Below, one piece after another: positions 42,876 through 52,700 of a DNA stretch of 64,000 nt. The stretch's first letter is position 1; each line of letters opens with the position of its first letter. The notes beneath the pieces are model-generated. The model was not told where the DNA came from. It saw nothing but the letters and a program-made list of their open reading frames with translations, and searched no databases. Source of the DNA: Chrysomallon squamiferum (Eukaryota > Animalia > Mollusca); assembly GCA_012295275.1 (NCBI GenBank), contig CM022670.1, positions 9,114,001-9,178,000 on the forward strand. Direction: 5' to 3'. A program made the translations under genes and the position numbers.

Positions 42876-44308
42876 CATTAACATAAGTTTTACAAAACAT
42901 AACATCTGTGCCGTTGAGTGGAAAATCTTAATGGGAAATTTATCACAAAAGGTGGTTTTAACAATAACAACAACAATAATAAATAAATAAATAAACATAT
43001 TACGAATCCAAACTTTGGAGAGCATTTTCCAGTTAAATCTATTATTAATTAATGTACTTTCATTTATTAAAAAAAAAAAAAAAAAAAAAAAGATTTTAAA
43101 TTTTAGGAAAGGTGAAAAACAAACATACGTACTCAAGTCTTCAGTGTAACACTGTGTTCTTAGTCAAATACAAACCGAATACGACCACAGTGAGTACTGA
43201 CAGTAGATTCGTCTAATAAAATTACTACAATAGAATGACGTCAAAACACTGAATTTAAATTGTCTAAATGAGATGTACATCGGGCGCAACTATATATATT
43301 TATATATGTATTTATAAGCCGCTAGAAAATGGCGGATATTGAAAACGAATGAAGGAAACGGTCAGATAGAAGTGAGAGGTAACAGAGAATCTTCTGAACG
43401 AGGTTTATCCCTTTTCATTTGCGCCATTTTAATATTATTTTTCTTCTTCTTCTTCGTATCATGCTTGTAATAAATTCTACATCATCTCACTTCATTCGTT
43501 CAAAACGTGGTCATTAATAGACATTAAACATTTATAAATGTGTTTTATTTATCGAATAATGAAAACAAAGCATACGTAACAGTTAATGCAGTTACAGTCT
43601 TTAAAAAAATGTCATTGTATTAAAAATCAATTAGTTTGATCACTTTAACCCTAGCTGACGTTTCTGCTCATTCATTCATTCATTCATTGGTTTATTTAAT
43701 TATCATTTTGAAAAGGACAGAAAGACAGAAAAAACCTACGTGCTCATTTTAAAATTATTCCAATGTCCGTACCAAAATGACCTCTTACTTGTGAACTAAA
43801 AACCCTCTCACGGAAATCTGAAACTTAGCTACTACTATTTCCGGCAACATTCTATTTCAGCCAAGAATATAAATGACTGAACTAATATTTTTGCCAGTCT
43901 AGACACACCGTGCACGAATAACACGTGGAATATTTTACATCCACTCTTTAAGAGGCAACCATAAAATTTTGGTCGGGGTCATTTTTCTAGGAGATTCTTA
44001 CAGCAAAAACTTTGTATCGATATTCACTGAAACGCCAAAGATAAGATGCACTTTGATAATCTAAACGTCTGGACAAGTTGCCGAGTTTCATAACCTGCCT
44101 TTAATATTTTAACCATTAGACTGTGTAATTAATTGCAAGTTGACAGCCAGTATGTGACATATAAAAAGAGACACGCCCACTTGTCAGAGTACTCGCAAGT
44201 CAAGGTGATCCACATCAGGTGTCAAGGGAAGCTGTTACACGTGTGTTTTTTTAAAGTTTTATTGATCTTGAGCTAAAATAATAATAATATTAACAATAAT
44301 AATAATAA

Positions 44309-44339
<31 letters not shown>

Positions 44340-44838
44340 AAGTTGTAATAATATTATACTGAACATTAATTTAAAAATTGTCTCCCAGTTATCTGTACTA
44401 GCTATCTGTCTTTCTAACTGCGCGCGTACACACAGAAATGCACACACACACACACTCAAGTACGCACACATATATAGATCTATATATAAAGAATCCATAA
44501 ATTTCCCTTTGTATACTAGTGTGTATATTTTCATATTAAATATTATTTTTATGTATCATACTTAAAAATTAAACTCATGTTAGGAAATCGATCACAAATA
44601 AAAAATATATATACAAAGTTCATCTTCTGTTCAGATATAAAGCTCAGTTTGATTTCGTGTTTTAGATCTCGCCACCAAATACGGACAATTTGCCATGAAC
44701 TGAATACTTGGAATTCTAGTAGGAAAACGTTTTCAAAAAAATTTGTAACACACAAACCAAATGAGAGGCGAATAAACGGCATTATTTTTCTTGTTATAAC
44801 TGCGTATTTTGCATAGTATACTTAGAAAGTGTGTGTGT

Positions 44839-44888
<50 letters not shown>

Positions 44889-45026
44889 TATATACGTATA
44901 TACATAATACATACATACATTATATATATGTATGTGTGTATGTATGTAGTATGTATGTAGGTATGTATATATCTGTATCTATCGATATCTATCTATCAAT
45001 ATCTATCAATATCTATATCTAAGTAT

Positions 45027-45090
<64 letters not shown>

Positions 45091-46527
45091 ATATATATAT
45101 ATATATATATATTTGTGGAACGGAGGAAAGGATTGGTATCTGTGAATCAGTGGATCTCAGTCACATTCATTTCCAAAGAAAGTGCGATTCTAACGAACAG
45201 AAATCTGTTTAACATATACTGACTTGACATTTTACTTGAGTGAGTAAGAGTAGCTTCTTAAAAAGCCACTTGACATCAAACGACACTAGGAAAAGCTTAT
45301 TATGTGAAACACGGGAAGTAATTGTAAAAAGAAAGTAATTCTGCAACGCAGTCGTGTAAATGTGAAAGAAAGGGTATGAGAAGCACAGAGAGAGGGATTG
45401 TAAAAGAAATCATGCGATTAAACAAGGCATATCTATGTAAAGTGAAAACTGATTCATCAGTATTATGCCGAATCTACAGATGACAAAGCCTGTTTCACAA
45501 AATCAATATCCAATTCATATACAAGTATTAAAACTGTACCAGAACGACCAGAATAATCTACTTTCAAATGACGTGTTTTAGATTTGTATCATTTGTTTCT
45601 AATTTGCTGACAATACTAGTATCGTGTAGGTCACATTTCCCATGGTATTTCTAACTGAATCTCTACAGACTGACTGGTGGTAAATGTGACAGTGATTACC
45701 AAAGGGCAGAGAGAATCGGTGATAACTGGCATGTGACTGACTATCCATGTTCACGGAGTTAATACAACTGATTTACGAAATAGGTTTTGAAAAGTGTAAT
45801 ACGAGTACAGGACCGACAAGCTCTATATTTGGCAAGCACAGATTGTTATTCTTGTTTTCATTCAGTTTTTCTTCAAACAATATACCCTACTCCTAATTTC
45901 TATACTAATTATCTGTGTGGAATCCTAACAGCAAAACATGTAATATGTAGGGATTTGCACACAACGCGATATATATTATAAATTAAATATTTACACATTA
46001 ATGTTCTTTATTAATAACTGTTATGAAAATATTAACTCACCAGAAGCAAACCTGCGTCCGAACAGGTTATCATGTCGGTCTTTAATATTGAGAAGACAAT
46101 CTAAACCTGTTTTAGAATTCACCACCTCTCGAATGCACATAATACACTCCATTCGAAGCACCATATCGGACAGGTGAGTGCCTTGATACGTACTTAGATT
46201 TTTCAGACACTGGAAGAGAATTCCCAAACCGTCAAACTCCAAGAATTCTTTCATCCAGTCGCTGTCGTTCGATTTTATAGTTTTGCGAAGTTTTGCCAGA
46301 TGCTGAATCGTCGGGTTTCGAACCAGCATCAGGAATTGCAAAGCGTCGGCGTCGTGTTTCGAACCATCGGCACCTTCTTCGTCTGACGAATTGGTAAACT
46401 CCCGTCCCAGAACGAAACCGTCAGATCGTGTTCGCTTTCCACGTTTCTGCTTCCTTTTCGCAAACTTTGAATTACAAGTCTTTTGTGAGTTTTGACACCC
46501 TGTAGGTGTCGTCTGCTTCCCGTTCAT
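19274..46527 (-). CDS. INF2: Inverted formin 2-like (DID/FH3, FH1, FH2, WH2/DAD), 14 coding exons, 2865 nt, ~954 aa
   Basis: All introns GT-AG with consistent phases. INF2-like motifs: [11 protein letters not shown]; [24 protein letters not shown]; [10 protein letters not shown]; polyproline FH1; [19 protein letters not shown]; GNFINQGSNAG; [17 protein letters not shown]. Confidence 0.9.
19499..19662. mobile_element. Old hAT/Charlie-like MITE remnant in the last INF2 intron
   Basis: Ends CAGTGATTCT..GGAACCACTG (8/10 inverted match); 8-bp flanks atctgagc / atttaagc match 6/8. Confidence 0.5.
19866..19947 (-). CDS. INF2: INF2-like exon 13
   Basis: tttag|[27 protein letters not shown]|gtgagt. 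Confidence 0.88.
20191..20501. repeat. 26-bp minisatellite, 12 copies: TGTCCTTTCCCTAATCCCTG(CC/GT)ACTC
   Basis: Counted unit by unit; two main variants, one 25-nt unit, no unique spacers. Confidence 0.97.
20527..20691 (-). CDS. INF2: INF2-like exon 12 (FH2 C-terminal part)
   Basis: cag|[41 protein letters not shown]|gtac. Confidence 0.92.
21442..21562 (-). CDS. INF2: INF2-like exon 11
   Basis: tttcag|[21 protein letters not shown]|gtcag. Confidence 0.9.
22204..22336. repeat. Short tandem duplication, ~79-bp period
   Basis: tatatattttaactcttaaa..tgaggattt occurs at about 22204 and 22283. Confidence 0.8.
23060..23341. repeat. Compound (CA)/(TA)/(TG) microsatellite with imperfect inverted symmetry
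   Basis: Directly visible; source of the many YIYI/CVCV/THTH ORFs. Confidence 0.9.
23383..23564 (-). CDS. INF2: INF2-like exon 10 (FH2)
   Basis: ttttcag|[31 protein letters not shown]|gtttg. Confidence 0.93.
24260..24517 (-). CDS. INF2: INF2-like exon 9 (FH2)
   Basis: tgtag|[31 protein letters not shown]|gtgaa. Confidence 0.93.
25045..25209 (-). CDS. INF2: INF2-like exon 8 (FH2)
   Basis: tttcag|[29 protein letters not shown]|gtaac. Confidence 0.93.
25619..25770 (-). CDS. INF2: INF2-like exon 7 (FH2 lasso region)
   Basis: ttatcag|[20 protein letters not shown]|gtaga. Confidence 0.92.
26530..27101 (-). CDS. INF2: INF2-like exon 6 (FH1 polyproline and FH2 start)
   Basis: gtatag|[26 protein letters not shown]..|gtaaga. 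Confidence 0.92.
27669..27748 (-). CDS. INF2: INF2-like exon 5
   Basis: ctccag|[26 protein letters not shown]|gtttg. Confidence 0.9.
28424..28602 (-). CDS. INF2: INF2-like exon 4 (FH3)
   Basis: ttcaaag|[26 protein letters not shown]|gttac. Confidence 0.9.
28972..29131 (-). CDS. INF2: INF2-like exon 3 (DID/FH3)
   Basis: tttcag|[25 protein letters not shown]|gtacg. Confidence 0.93.
32508..32602. repeat. Compound trinucleotide run (CTG)n(CTA)n(TTA)n
   Basis: Directly visible; ends a few nt before the acceptor cttccag| (32609) of the nested gene. Confidence 0.9.
32612..33540 (+). CDS. Nested antisense gene: APD1-4 N/middle domain (DUF4792/DUF4793)-like two-TM protein, ~309 aa if a -1 break near 33175 is bridged; may be a pseudogene
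   Basis: Two overlapping complex-sequence ORFs (32612-33199 and 33085-33540). N-terminal [21 protein letters not shown], motifs STRLCEG, LLEGSKI and [11 protein letters not shown], sequons NRT/NVT/NCS, C-terminal TM followed by CCCCYY. Upstream acceptor at 32609, AATAAA at 33620. Family call is from motif recall. Confidence 0.7.
35151..35605. repeat. Local ~67-bp duplication (35151-35217 and 35539-35605) plus a 36-bp tandem pair at 35256-35330
   Basis: aatacaacagattt.tgat.tctt.cg.acacac.cagctttaaa.ga.acctaca occurs twice; gtaaatcgctgaatt..aatttacatatatata occurs twice. Confidence 0.85.
35651..35766 (-). CDS. INF2: INF2-like exon 2 (DID); absent from the ORF track
   Basis: ttacag|[40 protein letters not shown]|gtaagt; phase 1 in, phase 0 out. 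Confidence 0.95.
35999..36180. repeat. (CTGTCT)n/(CT)n microsatellite
   Basis: Directly visible. Confidence 0.92.
37300..37480 (-). mobile_element. Decayed SINE-like copy, reverse orientation
   Basis: Reverse complement contains ctgggttgtttctcgttccaactagtgct, resembling ctgggctgtttcccattctagccagtgt at about 42642. Confidence 0.4.
42583..42757 (+). mobile_element. Decayed SINE-like copy
   Basis: gttcagtgg..ctgggctgtttcccattctagccagtg..aacaaag..tggtatgtgc..gcatgtaaaagat; same motif order as the 2070 copy. Confidence 0.45.
44829..45111. repeat. (GT)n, (TATG)n, (TATC)n and (TA)n microsatellite cluster
   Basis: Directly visible. Confidence 0.92.
46041..46527 (-). CDS. INF2: INF2-like exon 1 (start codon, GBD/DID)
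   Basis: ATG at 46527 (MNGKQ..); [35 protein letters not shown]; donor G|gtgagt. An upstream coding exon cannot be excluded. Confidence 0.88.
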
Positions 46528-47481
46528 TTTTATCTTCTTGTTCGTCTTCGTTTTCAAAATAAATATTCAAAGTTATGTACAGTTAAGACGCACAGTTTCT
46601 GCGCACATTGTTTCTCGGAAGCAGCACAAAAACTGTTACTTTCCTAGCACAGTTTTTCAGTAGTTCTCAACTGGGAGAAATAATTGAATAAATGGTTGCT
46701 TGCAGCTGTTTGACACATGCGCAGCCAGCGCTGATAAAACTCGCCCACTGCTTGCATGAGCCATCGCTAGTCGAACGCTTCATCGTTAAGTTGGGAGAGA
46801 AGAAAAACTTTTTCTTAGCGTTCAGGTAGTACAGATCTGCCGGGTTCACAAAGTATTCTGTATCGTTCGTTTCACCTAGCGGGGAAAGTCAAAATAGGTT
46901 TAAGATTCAGTTTTCTTTGTTTTGTGTGTATGTGGGTCACAAAGTGAATAATAAATGTTTCAAGCCAGTCATTGACAGATGTAAATAGTAACTTATAAAA
47001 AATGTTTTATAAAACAGATCTCTGCTGCATGAGTACTCTCCATTATACAGTTGCCTTTTCCATTAAAATTACCTTCCACTCCTACCTGAATTATCGAAAA
47101 GTTTTTGTATAACAGACTATATTAAATATACGTTTTGTTAAACAGACTGAATAAATGAATGTTTGCACCTTAGAAGAAACATACCAGTTGGTAGGCGTGA
47201 GACAGTTTACACGTGAATGTTACTCAAATGTATTTAAAATAATATATTAAGATAGTAGTAGTAGTAATGATAGTAGCAACTAGTAGTGACAGTAGTAGTA
47301 GTAATAGCAGCAGCAGCAACAACAATAATAATAATTTAGTTGCACCAGTAGTAGTAGTAACAGGAACAGCAAAATAGTAGTAGCAGTGGTTGTAGTAGTA
47401 GTAGCAGCAGCAAGAGCAATAATAGCTTAGTTGTAGCAATAGCAGTAATAATAGGGGCAGTAGTTGTAGTAGTCCTAGTAG

Positions 47482-47739
47482 CAGTGGCGTGCAGAAGGGG
47501 AGGTGACCTCGGGCATCCAAATGCGGGGAGGCATTCAATCAGAAAAAAGAACTTAATAAATTTTGTTGTTTTATATTTAAATCGAATAAAGCGTTTATTT
47601 TATGTTTCATCTGTGTTTACATATTCAAAATATTTTCCTTTCTCGTAATATTTCTCAGTACTAGGCCTTATAATTTTGTCTTAGGAGCATACAATCAAGG
47701 AGTGGGCTCCGGGCATCAGCAGACCTCTGCACACCACTG
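47482..47739. mobile_element. hAT-like MITE, 258 bp, 14-bp terminal inverted repeats
   Basis: CAGTGGCGTGCAGA (47482-47495) and TCTGCACACCACTG (47726-47739) match 13/14; 8-bp flanks cctagtag / actggtag match 6/8; it interrupts an (AGT/AGC)n tract. Confidence 0.75.
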
Positions 47740-48027
47740 ACTGGTAGCAGTAGAGGTAGTGGTAGTAGTAACACCAGTAACAGAAGTAGTAACTCTAGTA
47801 TAGACATGCATGTATATATATCATGATTCATTTTAAATAGTGAACAAATAAATCCCATGTTAGAGAAAAAAACGTAACAAAACAAAAACACACGTTTCTG
47901 TGTGTCCTGTGCATCTAAGTGTTTTTTGTTTGTTTGTTTGTTTTTTGTTTTTTTTTGTTAATAAATTATTATTTTATAATGTTTATAAGTACCTTAAAAG
48001 GCCCCTTTGTACTTTTTTGTATCTGGT

Positions 48028-48058
<31 letters not shown>

Positions 48059-48455
48059 TTCTATATTTTTAATTAAATTTATTTTATTTGAAAGTTACAA
48101 AGCATTACAATGTTAGTGTCACCCTCTCTATTGTAATAGAGTAAAGACATCTTTAAAAAATATTTTCTTATTAATTTAAACTGTATTAAAAACTGTCTAA
48201 TATCGAAAAGATATTCAACAACAACAACAACAACAACAATAATAAATTAGTTTCATGTATAAATATGTATGCTTTAAAATAAAAAGTCACTTTGATATTT
48301 GAAATAAGATATTTAGTAAAACTTTTGTTAATACAAAATACTTAATATTATATGCACGTATGTGAATAACACATACTATGTATACACATGCATTTCACTT
48401 CATGTGAATGATGAAAATTGGTGAAAGTTAATGAATACTTATATATATTTAATTG

Positions 48456-48519
<64 letters not shown>

Positions 48520-49098
48520 GTTATTATTTTAAATGTGTGAGATTTTTATGTGTCTTTGTTAAAACGAGAAAGATGGAATGGAATCATTTAAATATAATGT
48601 AAAATTACGTTTACCTGATCGAATAAATGATGGTAAAACTACGTTATTACTAACAATAATTAAAAGTGATTCACTGGTTTCAAATTGTACGATTCAAAAT
48701 GAAATTTTATTTTGTTTGCATAAATTAATTCAGTATATATGCCAATTTTTAATTTTTTTTAAAATTTATTTTTTATTATTATTATTATTATTATTTATTT
48801 ATTTATTTTTGTTTGATATCTTTAAATTAACTATATCGTGTATTTCTCCGCTAGTTTAATAGTGGGCGTATAATGCGAAGAGAAAATACGTCAACAAGTA
48901 ATCAGATTTAAGAATTTAAAACTGTTATATGACACCTTTACAACCCGTTTATGGAAGACGTAAATAAATATATTTGTATTACTAATTGTTATGTACTGAC
49001 ATATGAATATTAGAAAATCTACATATCAACAACATAACAACATTAATACTTTAATAAAAAAAAAATTCTATAATTCTAAATTGATTGTCGCAAACACC

Positions 49099-49112
49099 GT
49101 TGTCATGGTGAA
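49099..49112 (+). promoter_or_regulatory. Candidate RFX X-box in the SPEF2 promoter
   Basis: GTTGTCATGGTGAA resembles GTTGCCATGGCAAC and ends 80 nt upstream of the ATG of a motile-cilia gene. Confidence 0.6.
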
Positions 49113-49191
49113 GTCAAAGCAATAATCCTAGTAATCTGTGGACGAAGTCAGAAATTGTTTTAATGTTTTCGTGTGTTTTAAATAAGGTGCA

Positions 49192-49249
49192 ATGACAGAA
49201 ATTTTAGTCAGGTGGCTTAATGATGATCTTTCATTGTCAACTGTTGTTG
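49192..49249 (+). CDS. SPEF2: SPEF2 exon 1
   Basis: ATG ACA GAA ATT..G|gtaagt. Confidence 0.92.
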
Positions 49250-49697
49250 GTAAGTTATACTGATTCCCAATATAATCATTCTTCCATTTAATTTGAAATC
49301 GGCGATTGTTTGTGTGTGTCAGTAGAATCTAACATCGTGTATATCCTATTTTCGTATCCCAGACAAACAGTAATATTGTAATCTAAGTAACATTAAAAAA
49401 CAGATCAAACAACATAATACATATATATATATATTTCGTTTGTATAATACCGTATTTTATTTTTTGTATAATGGCTATGATTGTTTTGTTGTTATATTTA
49501 CTATTTCTATGTTTTCTTTCTTTCTTTTTATTTTATTACTATCATTATTGTTTTTAATAGTGTTGTTTTTAATGTTTTTGAAATAAGATTACATTTACTT
49601 TAATAAATTATATAGCAGTATATGAAGTACTGATGTTTAGGATTTATTTTATATGAATTGCTTGTTAGTCTGTAGTTGTACTGTAATTGTTTATTAC

Positions 49698-49757
<60 letters not shown>

Positions 49758-52700
49758 TAAATATATAAATTAATACTGTTGTAATAAATTTTAATTTTTT
49801 CATTTCAGACCCGCAGAATTTTGCTCGACATTTTTCAACAGGTTATCTTATAGGAGAGGTCTTACACAAATTTCAGCTGCAAGATGACTTTGATCAGTTC
49901 TCGCAGAGCAAGTAAGCATCACTGTTAACATTTGAAAATTATCAATCAATTTTTTCTTTGAATTTTTTATATTTTTCTGTTTGCCATCCAGTAAGTTGTT
50001 TTGTTCCTCCTATTCATTACCGTTTTCTTTTTTTTTCCCTTTGTTTATCCATCATAACAGTTGGAGGGAATGTGTCCTCTGTTTTAATCTGTCTGTCTCT
50101 CTCTTTTAATGATTCTTTTTCACAAATAACAAAAACCTCAAATTAAGTCCCTCCATCTTGATGTAGTAATGACAAAGAGTAATTATCATCAGACAACATT
50201 CTGACATACGGGGAGATTGTATTTGCTTACACTGATGGTATATATATATATATATATATGTGCTGTAAGTGATCGCTTAGAGCACTTTATTAAGATGTGA
50301 CATTTGTAGTAATGAAACCTCCTTAATTTATATATTAAATTATTTCCTCTTTCAGTTATTACTTATCAAAGGCTTTGATATGTGCTATCCTGTTTATAGG
50401 ACCATGTACAAAAATGTATAATAACAATGATAATAATAGTAATAATAAGAAGATGAAGACCCATAAAAAAAAGAAAAGAAAAGATCCCCCTTTGTTGAAA
50501 CAAGATATTTCTACCAATCCGTGAGAGTAGAATAAAAAGCATCATGTTTTCTTTTATTAATTATCATCTTTACACAAGAAGAATGTGGCTGTATTTAACA
50601 ATGATTTATATTAAAATAAGCAGTCATATCATATTGGTTAATTTTATTTTATTTGTTTCATCTCAGAACTGCTGATTCGAAGCTCAACAACTTTACGCGA
50701 GTTGAGCCAGTGCTACATCTGCTGGGTATTCCGTTTGATACGAACGTAGCCAGAGATATTATGACAGAGCGACATGGAGTGGCCACAAGGGTTATGTATC
50801 AGTTGTACATTGCACTCAACAACAAGAAGAAGTCAAATCTCACTGGAGTTGCCATGGAAACCATGAGACCTGCCGCTCCTGCCAAACTCAATGCTGTAGA
50901 ATCTGAAATATATAGAGAGGTAAATTTATTTTATTTTATTTTATTTTATTTTATTTTATTTTATTTTATTTTATTTTAATTTAATTTAATTTAATTTAAT
51001 TTAATTTAATTTATTTTATTATATTTCATTTCATTTAATTCATATACTTACTTATTTACTTTCCATTTTATTTAATATCTTATCTTAACATTTTTCAGAT
51101 GCACCTATCAGTAAAAAGCACTTTCTTAATTATGTATAAGAATATGAAAAATACCTGTTTAAAGCATCTAATAAACTTTCTGCTTCTAATAAACTTACAT
51201 CACTGTGCTTTTTAAAGAAGCTATCAACAATGTATTATGTTTCAAAATATGTAAATTAATAGTTAGTCCATTTAAAGATTGCCATAAACAGGACAGCTGA
51301 TGTTTCAGTATAAGTGTGTAATCATTATTTATGTTTACGATATTTCAGAGGTTAAAGCAGGCAACTCCAAGACAAACTGATCTGGATCTTAACGAGTTGG
51401 TGTCCAAATTTCACCAGCGTCAGATAGAAATGGAGAAAGTAGCTTTCAAAGAAAGATTCTTCGAGCAGGAACGAACGCTACAGCAGCAGCAGTTACAGAG
51501 AAAATCCCTGCTGGAAAGATCAAAATATCTGAGAGAAAAACAGAGTGAGATGGTGGCCAAAATACAGTAAGTGTAGTTTATTATATAGAGATATGTTCAC
51601 AGAGGTCTCCAAATGCAAATCTCAGGAAGATGTTTGCTTTGTATTCATATCTCTTCAGTTTTTATCTTCTAATGTTTTTTCTATATATAAATAAACCATT
51701 ACATATTTGCATCCTTCACCAGATACAGATATTGACAGGAGGTATGCCATTAATGTGCATCTTTATTTAGGCCAGACATGTTTTTTTCTTCACTGGGACA
51801 AAATTCATTCGTTCTTGACCCCAATAAAATTTGTGATCACCATACCATGCCTGTAAATACAGTGCTAAAATAACATTGATAACAATGAAGCAAAGAATGG
51901 TTTACTTGTATGTTAATGAATGAAATTATTATCTTGTTTCATTTATCATAAGTATTTGTCATATGTTACATTAGACATAGAAATCATTATCTCAAATTCT
52001 TTTTTCCTCCAGTTGCACCTGTTTGTTTTGTCAAATCCATAGTCTGTACTTTCATATCAACAGATTGACACAAAGTGAGAATTGAAGGATTATTAATTTA
52101 TTATAAATAGAATCATTTTTAAAATCACAGATAACTTTTAATGATAAGAAGTCATTAAGAATCACATGTATTTACTACAAACTAAGAAGCTAACTGAACT
52201 GTTATGTTATCTTTCAGAGCAGCTACAGTGCACATTCCAGTCCCTCCTCAAGACAAAACTGACAAAGAACTACAGAGAAAGAGAAGAGAGATGAAGAGGA
52301 GGGAAGCCCAGGTATATAAAGTCTACCTGTACTTGTGTGAAAAATCCTTGAAAAAGGAACCCAAAAACTTCACATAACCTAAATACATTTCACAACTCTT
52401 CTGTGAAAATAATACAGACATAGTCTTAGCTAATAATAAAGTACAATATTTCAGTGTTTGCTGCTAAAGAAATGTAATACGTGAGCCTTTGCTAATAATA
52501 AAGTATGAAACAGATTGTTTTGCTAATAATAAAATACATTGCATCAGTTTTTGCTAATGACAAAAAAAAAAAAAAAAAACTAACAAGAAGCCCCAAACAA
52601 ACAAAGAACAAATAAACAAATAAATAAAATAAAATAAAACAAAACTCATGGAGAAGTACATAGCATGTACTTAATATTATAAAACATCAGCTTTGCCAGA

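Noticed and set aside
46528-46557. N-terminal extension MKTKTNKKIK of ORF 46021..46557, and the TRIM ORF start at 6521
   Set aside because: Both use TTG starts from a prokaryotic-style ORF caller; the first ATGs are at 46527 and 6545.
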